A stretch of DNA of 64,000 nucleotides. It comes from Spirochaetia bacterium. Lineage in GTDB: Bacteria > Spirochaetota > Spirochaetia > SZUA-6 > Bin103. Location: the NCBI GenBank assembly GCA_965198005.1, contig CBDAOI010000004.1, forward strand, positions 1,184,001-1,248,000. The letters run 5' to 3'. The notes under the pieces were generated by a model. It worked only from the letters and a program-made list of their open reading frames with translations. It made no database searches and was not told the origin of the DNA. The position numbers and the translations under genes are program-made. Shown here piece after piece: positions 9,394-17,928 of the stretch; positions within the stretch are counted from its first letter, which is position 1; every line of letters starts with the position of its first letter.

Positions 9394-9644
9394 TCACTGT
9401 GGCGTATACTTCTGCGCCGTGTCGCGCGCCTCCATATGGATATCAACATCCTCGCCCCCTATTCTGACGCAGACTGATGTCGGCACTTCCTTAGAGCGTC
9501 CCGCTTGAGTCTCCACGAGGATTCGTAGTCCTCGGCCGTCCAGTGGTATCGAGAGCTGTGCGTCGGGGTTGCCGATTATCCAAAGAAGTTTCATCGGATC
9601 CGAAGTCAACAAATCCCTGAGATCACTATACGTGGCTCGCCTCA
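9394..9644 (-). CDS. Small hypothetical protein downstream of the protease remnant
   Basis: AGGAG RBS; MRRATYSDLRDLLTSDPMKLLWIIGNPDAQ... Confidence 0.5.
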
Positions 9645-9670
9645 TCGTCGGCTCCTGACTGCCTTCCGTG

Positions 9671-10088
9671 CTAGACGTGCACCACTCGCAGCGATGGAAT
9701 ATTGGCAGCGTTGCGCAATCCACAAATAACGACGTCGATCGGGTTCAGGAGGGTGCGAGCCGGACTCCCGGCAAACAGAAGTCCTACCAGCTCATGGCGA
9801 TCGCTCAGTACCCCGCTACCGCTATCTCACATCGAGATCATCTTTGCTGTCTGGTGAGTTCTCGGCTGCAGCCTCGAAGGCTTGATCAAAGGATTGCACA
9901 CCTTGATTCTGCAACTCGTCTCGTGTCAGCTTCTGCGTTACGAACGCAGTGACGCAATACTGGGATTCCGCACTCAAAGCTCCGCCATCCTTTCGCCCGA
10001 TGGCTACGCCGTTCACGCCGTTTGCCGGATCCAAAATGATCGGCACACCGTGTCGTGCCACGAGATCCCTGGCGTCTTCGAATTTCAT
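9671..10088 (-). pseudogene. Trypsin-like (Nal1-type) serine protease remnant, central part deleted
   Basis: N-terminus NGVNGVAIGRK...CVTAFVTQK is joined out of frame to DSGSGVLSDRHELVGLLFAGSPARTLLNPIDVV. Confidence 0.6.
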
Positions 10089-10319
10089 TTCGTCTCACCT
10101 CCTCGCGTCGACTTGCCATGCAAACACCGCATCGTCACTCTGGGTATATTATCAACGGCTTGTAATGCGTGCAAGTGCCTGCTCCAATTGATGCTTGATC
10201 TCCCGGGTCAGGCGCACCCCGCCGCATGGCGGTGATCCGGCGCACGGTGAAATCGCGCCGACGGTAGCCCGCGCCGCGCCGCCCCTGCGTAGCCCATTCG
10301 CTTGCGGATCGTGGAGCAG

Positions 10320-10395
10320 GGCCATCGGCTTGCGGCGCAGGGCATGGATGAGATGGTGGTAGTTGACCACGTGGCGACGGCGCCCGTCGCTCCGG
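10320..10395 (-). mobile_element. IS21-family istA C-terminal shard
   Basis: HVVNYHHLIHALRRKPMAL resembles the IstA C-terminal segment. Confidence 0.55.
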
Positions 10396-10499
10396 GCGTG
10401 TGGCACGCATCTGCCGAGTCGTGTGCCTGGACCGGTGATGGACAAGCGCCGTCCCCGGTCCCGGCCTGGGGTGCACGACTTTGAATGGGCGGCCCCCTT

Positions 10500-11478
10500 G
10501 GCGGCGCGGCCGTAACCGATGGGATCGAGAGATGGCGGCGCGGAAGGCCGCCTCGTCCTCGCAGGCGAGCGCCGCCGCAATCAGCACGTCCCCGGGCGCG
10601 GCGGCGAACGCCGCGTCGGCCAGGACCCCCGCCGAGACCTCGATACCCCGCGACACCAGTATGTGGCGGACCATCTCCGCGCGGGCATTCCGCACGCCTT
10701 CAATGAGCCCTTCCGCGTGGCCTTCCGCGTGGCCGCGCTCGAACCCCTGGCGCCGCTGCGAGCGCAACAGTGGGTCGTCATCCGGTCCCGTTCCTTCCCG
10801 CGCCCCCTGCACTCCGCCCACCCGCTCCAACACCACGCTGGTCCGCGCCGACGGCGCCGCCCCGTTCAGCGCCTCGTGGATCTCCGCCGCCGTCCAGCCC
10901 GGAAACGCGGGGCTCTCCGCCGCGACCCGATCGCGACCGTCCTCCAGCGGATGGATCGTCAACCCCGGTCGCCGCGCGCGCGGCCGGCTCGGCGACGGCG
11001 CGTCCGGCACGTCCACCCACACTTCCGGGAACCCCCACGACTCGTACAGCGGCAGCTTGCCGCGGCGCGCGTCGGTGGTGTGGTCCACCTCCAGCACGAC
11101 GTCGGGAAAGTCGTCCTCGCCCACCACCATGGCGGCGCCCGGCAGCCTGGCGTGGGCCGGATGCAGGTACAGGGACTCGTCGGCCTGCATGATACGGTAC
11201 GGCTCGCCGCGCGCGTCGCGCAGCAGCAGGTCCATCGAGCCGTAGCATTCGACGTGCGAACCGCGCACCCGGGCGATCACCTCAGCCAACCGCGTCAAGA
11301 GACGTGCCGGGCGCTCGTGATAGGAAGTGGTCGGCTCGCAGATCCAGGCGATCTCGGTGGTTGCGTCCCAGTACTCCAGCCGCCCTTCGAAGCGTTCGAT
11401 CGCGGCGCGCGGCAGGGGGACCGGCTTGCAGCCGGGGAACTCCGGCGGCTCACTACTCTGCGTCTGTCTTTGATGCAT
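10500..11478 (-). CDS. Uma2 (DUF820) family endonuclease with a GHAEG-repeat tail; 3' end uncertain (ORF open to 10135)
   Basis: GRLEYWD...MQADESLY...PDVVLEVDHTT...KLPLYESWGFPEVW. Confidence 0.8.
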
Positions 11479-11890
11479 CCGAGTCTTCTTCCGTCGTCTT
11501 TCTTACAGCACGTTCGGCGAAGCGGTACAATTCAGTAGCGAGCGTAAAGAATCGCTTGACAATTTCCCCGGTGGGCGGCCCGCCCGGCAATAATCCGAAG
11601 TCGGCCGGGTACCGCGCTTCGATGTAGATCTGATTCATTTCATCCAGCACGTCTTCGTCCACTTGCGGATTGAGCCCCAGCGCTCGGATCGATTCCATGA
11701 GGACCCGAAGGTTGTGAATCTTCGGAATCCGTTCTCCCCGCAGTTCGAGGATCGCTTTGATTGACTTCTCAGTGCATTGGTGAGCGTGAAAGGCTGTAGC
11801 TTGAGACAGATATTAATCATCTCTTAGTTTCTCCGCTGCTCGGAGATCAACGTCCGCGAACTCAAGCCATTCTTCAGCTCGCTCTCTCAT
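11453..11890 (-). pseudogene. HEPN domain protein with premature TAA at codon 26
   Basis: MRERAEEWLEFADVDLRAAEKLRDD*YLSQATAFHAHQCTEKSIKA...PKIHNL...EARYP; stop at 11813-11815. Confidence 0.85.
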
Positions 11891-12227
11891 AGATGACTTT
11901 TCCGTAATCGTGCACGTCTTTCATGAACGAACTCATATCCTGCGTGAGTATCTCATATTCTGGTCGCGTGTATATGAGCAGGTCAAGCGGTATTCTGTTC
12001 CCAACAGCACGAACTTTCCTCAGTATCTGCAGCCGATACTCCATTCTTTCCTGATATGTTTTCGGCAGGTAGTCGGTGTCCACCACGACGAGCAGGTCCA
12101 AATCGCTGTCGATTCCAATTTCACCTGACGTTGCCGAGCCAAAGAGGATAATCTTCTTAACGGGCTCATCGTTCAACGCCGCGAGGACTTGCTGCAGATA
12201 CTCGTCGACGGAATGGCCTATGCTCAT
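11874..12227 (-). CDS. MNT nucleotidyltransferase (partner of the HEPN gene)
   Basis: KIILFGSATSGEIGIDSDLDLLVV...PLDLLIYT; overlaps the HEPN start. Confidence 0.88.
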   Translation of the reverse strand: MSIGHSVDEYLQQVLAALNDEPVKKIILFGSATSGEIGIDSDLDLLVVVDTDYLPKTYQERMEYRLQILRKVRAVGNRIPLDLLIYTRPEYEILTQDMSSFMKDVHDYGKVIYERAS

Positions 12228-12333
12228 CGTAATCACTGTACACCGCGGCCGAGGGAGTGTCAACCTATCACCGTAGCTGGACACGGTCTCGATCCGGCTG
12301 GTTCCAAAGGCCGTGCGCCACGCCGGTTCGCCC

Positions 12334-13170
12334 TTATGTCGGCTCGTCCTTCGCCGCCGCCGGGCTGGCGTCGGTGTCGGATGCCGGCACCTCGGGCGGC
12401 GCGCACGACGCAGGCGTTGCCGGGGACCTTCGTCTGGCGAGCGCTCGGTCCAATGGAATGGCATGCCGGTCGTCATCGAAGCTGGATCGGCGGATGGACC
12501 ACAGTGCCGCACGCCGTCCGCGGCGGGACCGGAAGGACGCCGCCGGCTTGCCCCGTTTCTCGAAAGCGCCGCTTTCCTGGACGTTGCGCTGGAAGTTGCC
12601 CGGGTCGAGGCGCTCGCCCCAGACGGCCTCGTAGACCCGGCGAAGCTGGGCGATCGTGAACTCCGGCGGGCAGAACTTCGCGGCGAGGGCGGTGTACTCC
12701 AGCTTGGACCGCATCCGCTCGACGGCGTCCCGCACGATGCGTTCGTGGTCGAACGCCAGGCGAACGTTGCCGAACTCGATCTCCTCGACCGGCACCAGGA
12801 GCGCGGTGGCCGCGTCCCCGCCGGCGCGCGGCTTCGGCAGATCGGCGCAGATTGCCCAGTAGGCGACGGTGACCACCCGCATGCGCGGGTCCCGGTCCGG
12901 AGCGCCGTAGCTCCCAAGCTGCTCCAGGTGCCAGGATCCGTCTCGCAGACCGGTCTCCTCGGCCAGCTCCCGGGCCGCGGCCTGATCCAGGTCCTCGTCC
13001 GGCTTCACGAAGCCGCCCGGCAGCGCAAGGGCGCCCTCGAAGGGGTCTTCTGCCCGCCCGATCAGCAACACGTGGAGCGCCTCGTCCCGGATCGTGAACA
13101 CGGCTACGTCCACGGTAACGGCAAACGGCGGAAAACGGTGGGGATCGTAGCCGGATGAGGAGGTGCCCAC
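12334..13170 (-). CDS. nrtR: NrtR-family regulator (Nudix + winged HTH)
   Basis: VTVDVAVF...ALPGGFVKPDEDLDQAAARELAEETGL...RDPRMRVVTVAY...LAFDHERI...FTIAQLRRVYE...NFQR. Confidence 0.88.
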   Translation of the reverse strand: MGTSSSGYDPHRFPPFAVTVDVAVFTIRDEALHVLLIGRAEDPFEGALALPGGFVKPDEDLDQAAARELAEETGLRDGSWHLEQLGSYGAPDRDPRMRVVTVAYWAICADLPKPRAGGDAATALLVPVEEIEFGNVRLAFDHERIVRDAVERMRSKLEYTALAAKFCPPEFTIAQLRRVYEAVWGERLDPGNFQRNVQESGAFEKRGKPAASFRSRRGRRAALWSIRRSSFDDDRHAIPLDRALARRRSPATPASCAPPEVPASDTDASPAAAKDEPT

Positions 13171-13184
13171 GAAGGAAAAATATA

Positions 13185-13235
13185 TTGTCGAGTTGACAAA
13201 ATCAAGGGCGACCGGTATTATTGTCCAATCGACAA
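13185..13235. promoter_or_regulatory. Two NrtR-box-like palindromes, TTGTC-N5-GACAA
   Basis: TTGTCgagttGACAA at 13185-13199 and TTGTCcaatcGACAA at 13221-13235, in the divergent intergenic region. Confidence 0.7.
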
Positions 13236-13253
13236 GAACGTGATGGAGGTGCC

Positions 13254-14159
13254 ATGAAAATTCCGAAGCTCGACACCGTCGCCGTCGGTTCGCCGATCAC
13301 GCGCCTGGGCGTGTCCTTCTTCCCGCTCTACTTGGCGGCCAACGACCTGCCGCCGATCGCCACCGGCGAAGCCTCGGGTCTTGTTGTCGACGAGCTCGAC
13401 GAGGCATCGGTGCAGACTCTGAGGGTGCGCAACCCCGGCGGCAGGCCGGTGCTCGTCGTCGAGGGCGAGCACTTCCTCGGCGGCAAGCAGAACCGCGCCC
13501 TGAACGCAACCGTCCTGGTGCCGGCCGGGGCCGAGCTGGAAATCCCGGTGTCCTGCCTGGAGCAGGGCCGCTGGGGTCGCCGCCAGGCTTACCGCCGCGA
13601 CGACGCGTTCGCGGCGGCCGCGGTACGCGCCGCACAGCATGCCGGCGTGGCCAAGTCCATGGGACGGAGGGCCTCTCGCGAGGGCGATCAGTCGGCGGTC
13701 TGGCACGCGGTCGACCAGATGCTGGACCGTGCCGAGGTGAACTCGTCCACCGCAGCGGCGGCCGACCTGCACCGGGAGGCGTACCGGCGCGAGCCGTCTC
13801 GGGCCACCGCGGTGGAGAAGCTCGCCGTCGCCGGCCCGCTCCCCGGCCAGTGCGGAATCGTCGTCACCCACGGGCGCTGGGTGCAGGCGATGGACCTGTT
13901 CGGTGCGCCGCACCTGCTCGCCGTTCACTGGCCCGCGCTGATCCGCTCGCACCTGCTCGAATCACCCGCCGTGGACGGCCGCCCGTCCCCCACGCGTGTG
14001 CTGGAACTCGTGCAACGCTTCTCGTCGGCGCCGGGTCAGGAGGTTCCCGGCGTGGGCCTCGGGGTCGAGCACCGCGTGGCCGACAAGCGACTCATCGGCC
14101 AGGCCCTGGCCCTCGACGGCGCGCTCGTGCACGCGGCGTTCTTCACCAGACAGCCGTGA
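13254..14159 (+). CDS. ARPP-1 (DUF6569) family protein
   Basis: SVQTLRVRN...VLVVEGEHFLGGKQNR...EIPVSCLEQGRW...QSAVW; GGAGG RBS. Confidence 0.75.
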   Translation: MKIPKLDTVAVGSPITRLGVSFFPLYLAANDLPPIATGEASGLVVDELDEASVQTLRVRNPGGRPVLVVEGEHFLGGKQNRALNATVLVPAGAELEIPVSCLEQGRWGRRQAYRRDDAFAAAAVRAAQHAGVAKSMGRRASREGDQSAVWHAVDQMLDRAEVNSSTAAAADLHREAYRREPSRATAVEKLAVAGPLPGQCGIVVTHGRWVQAMDLFGAPHLLAVHWPALIRSHLLESPAVDGRPSPTRVLELVQRFSSAPGQEVPGVGLGVEHRVADKRLIGQALALDGALVHAAFFTRQP

Positions 14160-14201
14160 GAGAAGGACCCGACCGGGACTCATATGACATTTGTTACACA
14201 C

Positions 14202-14242
14202 CGCTTGACTCGCCTGACAAGTCAAGCGATGTACGACATAAT
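14202..14242 (+). promoter_or_regulatory. Putative sigma70 promoter with a palindromic operator over the -35 box
   Basis: CGCTTGACT-N9-AGTCAAGCG at 14202-14228; CTGACA-N17-CATAAT at 14214-14242. Confidence 0.55.
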
Positions 14243-14272
14243 TCTGGCTGAACGGTCCAACGAACTATCGGC

Positions 14273-17200
14273 ATGCGCTATCCATCCGTTACGTCAACCG
14301 GCTCGCCCGATGACGTTGCTTTCAGAATAAAGAGCCTGCGCGGGGTGCGGGAGCTCACTCAGGGGCAGTTGGCGGAGCTGATCGGCGTATCCTATGCCAC
14401 GGTCAACCGCTGGGAGAACGAGCAGTCCCGCCCGAACCAGTTGGCTTGGCGGCGCATCATCGAACTCGAAGACCAGGCCACCCACCGGATCGCAGAGCAG
14501 CCGGCGTCGTACGACGTGCGAGAGCCGCCGCCCAGCATGGACTTCGCCGCCGACCCCAACGCCGTCGCGGCCGTCGCCGAGGCCCATCGCCTTGCCTACG
14601 GGCACCTGTTCAATCCTGCGTTCGCTACGGAAACCGCGCTGATCGACCCGCTGCCGCATCAGCGCATTGCCGTGTACGAGCATATGCTGCGGCAAGCCCC
14701 GCTCCGATTCCTGCTGGCCGACGACGCCGGCGCCGGCAAGACCATCATGACGGGCCTGTACGTACGCGAAATGCTGTCCCGACGGCTCATTCGCCGCGTG
14801 CTGATCGTGCCGCCCGCGGGGCTGGTCGGCAACTGGGAACGGGAACTGCGCTCGCTGTTCCGGCTTCCGTTCCGTATCGTCGGAGGTGCCGACGCCCGCT
14901 TCGGCAATCCCTTCGTCGGGCCGGACAGCGACCTGGTGATCACCAGCATCGACACCCTGGCCGGCGAACGCATGTTCAGCCGTCTCGCGGATCCGGCAAC
15001 CTCACCCTACGATCTGGTCGTCTTCGACGAGGCGCACAAGCTGTCAGCCCATCGCGAGCCCGACTACCGGGTACGGAAGACCGACCGCTACCGGCTCGCG
15101 GAAGCCATCGGAGGCGCCGGCGCCGACAGCGGGCGATGGTCGCTGCACTGGTCGGCGCAGCATCTCCTGCTGCTCACGGCCACGCCGCACATGGGCAAGG
15201 ACGACCCGTACTACTTCCTGTGGCGCCTCCTGCTTCCGGACGCGCTCTCGACCAGCGATGCGTTCGACCAGTTCCCGCAGGAGTCGCGGCGCCGGCACTT
15301 CATCCGGCGGACCAAGGAGGAGATGGTCCGCTTCGACTGCACTCCCCTGTACCCACAGCGGAACTGCGACACCCTGAGCTACGAGCTGTCGCAGGGTCCC
15401 GGCAGCGAGCAGGAACTCTACGACGCCACCACCGATTACATCCGCTACTACTACAACCGGGCGCGGGTGCTGAACCGATCCGCCGCACGCCTGGCGATGA
15501 GCGTGTTCCAGCGGCGTCTCGCCAGCTCGACTTATGCTCTGATGCGCTCGTTCGAACGGCGCCAGGAGAAGCTCCAGGCTCTGATCAACGAGATCCGGGA
15601 GGGGCGGCTCTCCGAAGAACAGCTCATGCGGGCGCAGCGCAGGTTCGACGATCTCGACGACGAGTTCGAGACGCGGACGGCCGACGAGGATTCCAAGCCC
15701 GACGGCGACGGCGAACGTCACGAGACGTTCGAGGACTGTGCGTTGGGTGCCACGGTTGCGGCCAGCCTCGGCGAGTTGGAGGCGGAGCTTCTCAAGGTGG
15801 ACTCTCTCCTCGACATGGCGCGGAGCCGGGTCGCGGGAGCGGATGAGTCCAAGTTCGAAAAGCTTCGCGAGGTGCTCCGCGATCCGCGGTTCGGTGACCA
15901 CAAACTGATCGTCTTCACCGAGCACCGCGATACCGCGGAGTTTCTGGTGCGGCGGCTGGAGGGTCTCGGGTTCGCCGGTCGCGTGGCGCTGATTCACGGC
16001 GGCCTGCCCTATCAGGAGCGAGACCGTCAGGTGGAGTTCTTTCGCCGCTCCGTGGCGGAAGGCGGCGCCAGCTACCTGGTGGCCACCGACGCCGCCGGCG
16101 AGGGAATCAATCTACAGTTCTGCTGGCTGATGGCGAACTACGACATCCCCTGGAACCCGGCGCGACTCGAGCAGCGCATGGGCCGCATCCACCGCTACGG
16201 CCAGGAGCACGATCCGGTGATCATCGTCAATCTGGTGGCGGGTGGCACGCGCGAGGGGCGCGTCCTCAAGACGCTGCTCGACAAGCTGGAGGCGATCCGA
16301 CGGCAGCTCCAGTCGGACAAGGTGTTCGACGTGGTCGGGCGCCTGTTCGAGGGTGTGTCCGTTCGCGACTATCTGGAGCAGGCGGTGACGGAAGATGGGG
16401 ACGGCGACACCGAGCGGTTTGACGGGCGCCTGACCGAGGAACAGGTCCTGGCGTTGGAGCAGCGGGAGCGGGTGCTGTACGGGGAAGGCGGCGACGTTCG
16501 CCGGCGAGTCGCGGATCTTGCGGACGAGGCGGAGCAGGAACAATTCCTCCGGCTTCTGCCCGGCTACGTACGCTGCTTCGTGGAGAAGGCCGCGCCGTTG
16601 CTGGACTTGAGAATCGAGGGAGATCTGGAACAGACGTTTTCGCTTGCACCCCGCGGCGCCGGTGCGGCCGATGCCTTGCTTCCCGCGCTTGAGACGTACG
16701 CGCAACCGGCGCGGAATCGGCTCACGGTGTACAAGCCGGGGAGTCGGGAGCAGGTATCATGGCTGCACCCAGGCGAGCCGGTGTTCGACAGCATCTCGGC
16801 ATCGATCCTGGGCCGCTTCGGAGATCACGCCCTGCGCGGTGCCGTGTTCGTCGATCCCTGCGCAACGGAATCGTACCTGTTCCACCTCGCCGTGGCGAGC
16901 GTCATACAGAATGGAGCGGTGAGCGACGGTAGCGAGCACGCAACGGCGGGCAGACTGCTGGAGTCACGTCTCATCGGCCTTCGGCAGTCATCCGACGGCA
17001 CCGTGGAGGAGTCTCCCGTCGAGCGCTTGCTGCTGCTGCGCGGCGCTGAAGGCTACGCGCCAAGTCGGGTACCGCTTGCTGGCCGCGCTCGCGAGATGAT
17101 CCGCGCTGCAGCCGACTATGCCGGCGAGGCAGTGGCGGAGCAGTTCGCAGACGCCCATCGGCAGCGACTCAGGGCGGAGCTACCCTCCCGCGTGGAGTTC

Positions 17201-17890
17201 GTCAGTCGCGGCTTCGACTTTCAGGCAGCCGAACTTGCTGCCTCGCGAGCCCGGCTCACGGCGCAAGGTCGCGCCGGCGTCCCCGCTGCCCAGACGGAGC
17301 TGACCCGTGTAAAGGAACGCCAGCGCAACCTCACGGCCAGCCGCACGCGTCGCCTGGCAGAACTCCACGAAGAAGCGGACTCTGTCCGTACCGGTGACGT
17401 GGAGTTCCTGCTCCATGCCCTGATCGTTCCCGCAGACGATCCCAAGGAGATGGAGCGCTACAACGCCGAAGTGGAAGCCGTCGCCGTGCGGGTCGCGACC
17501 GCATATGAAGAAGCCTCCGGCGCCGAAGTAAAGGACGTGTCGCGACCGGCTCAGGCTCGGCAGGCTGGGCTCTCCGACTGGCCGGGCTTCGATTTGCTCT
17601 CCATCCGCGCCGCCAGCGAACGCCGCTGTATCGAGGTAAAAGGGCGCGCCGGGAGCGGCGGCGTCGAGGTGAGCGACAACGAATGGGCCAAAGCATGTAA
17701 CCTGCGCAACAAGTACTGGTTATACGTTGTCTACGGCTGCGCCACTCCCCAACCCCGACTGCTGCGCGTACACGACCCGTTCGGAAAGCTCCTCTTACGC
17801 AGCGGCCAGTCATTCGCATTCGTTGTTGCAGAACATGACATTATCGCTGTTTCCGAATCGACAGGAATCCAACAATATAAGCACATCTGA
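14273..17890 (+). CDS. XRE-HTH + SNF2/SF2 helicase + DUF3883 nuclease
   Basis: LTQGQLAELIGVSYATVNRWEN; LLADDAGAGKT; DEAH; LLLTATPH; ATDAAGEGINLQ; EQRMGRIHRYGQ; GFDLLS...IEVKGR...SDNEW. Confidence 0.9.
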   Translation: MRYPSVTSTGSPDDVAFRIKSLRGVRELTQGQLAELIGVSYATVNRWENEQSRPNQLAWRRIIELEDQATHRIAEQPASYDVREPPPSMDFAADPNAVAAVAEAHRLAYGHLFNPAFATETALIDPLPHQRIAVYEHMLRQAPLRFLLADDAGAGKTIMTGLYVREMLSRRLIRRVLIVPPAGLVGNWERELRSLFRLPFRIVGGADARFGNPFVGPDSDLVITSIDTLAGERMFSRLADPATSPYDLVVFDEAHKLSAHREPDYRVRKTDRYRLAEAIGGAGADSGRWSLHWSAQHLLLLTATPHMGKDDPYYFLWRLLLPDALSTSDAFDQFPQESRRRHFIRRTKEEMVRFDCTPLYPQRNCDTLSYELSQGPGSEQELYDATTDYIRYYYNRARVLNRSAARLAMSVFQRRLASSTYALMRSFERRQEKLQALINEIREGRLSEEQLMRAQRRFDDLDDEFETRTADEDSKPDGDGERHETFEDCALGATVAASLGELEAELLKVDSLLDMARSRVAGADESKFEKLREVLRDPRFGDHKLIVFTEHRDTAEFLVRRLEGLGFAGRVALIHGGLPYQERDRQVEFFRRSVAEGGASYLVATDAAGEGINLQFCWLMANYDIPWNPARLEQRMGRIHRYGQEHDPVIIVNLVAGGTREGRVLKTLLDKLEAIRRQLQSDKVFDVVGRLFEGVSVRDYLEQAVTEDGDGDTERFDGRLTEEQVLALEQRERVLYGEGGDVRRRVADLADEAEQEQFLRLLPGYVRCFVEKAAPLLDLRIEGDLEQTFSLAPRGAGAADALLPALETYAQPARNRLTVYKPGSREQVSWLHPGEPVFDSISASILGRFGDHALRGAVFVDPCATESYLFHLAVASVIQNGAVSDGSEHATAGRLLESRLIGLRQSSDGTVEESPVERLLLLRGAEGYAPSRVPLAGRAREMIRAAADYAGEAVAEQFADAHRQRLRAELPSRVEFVSRGFDFQAAELAASRARLTAQGRAGVPAAQTELTRVKERQRNLTASRTRRLAELHEEADSVRTGDVEFLLHALIVPADDPKEMERYNAEVEAVAVRVATAYEEASGAEVKDVSRPAQARQAGLSDWPGFDLLSIRAASERRCIEVKGRAGSGGVEVSDNEWAKACNLRNKYWLYVVYGCATPQPRLLRVHDPFGKLLLRSGQSFAFVVAEHDIIAVSESTGIQQYKHI

Positions 17891-17928
17891 CAAGACGAAT
17901 ACTGTAACAACACCAAGAGAGATACCAG

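Noticed and set aside
11874-12917. 347-aa MNT ORF
   Set aside because: The upstream part is an alternative frame of nrtR; the real start is 12227.
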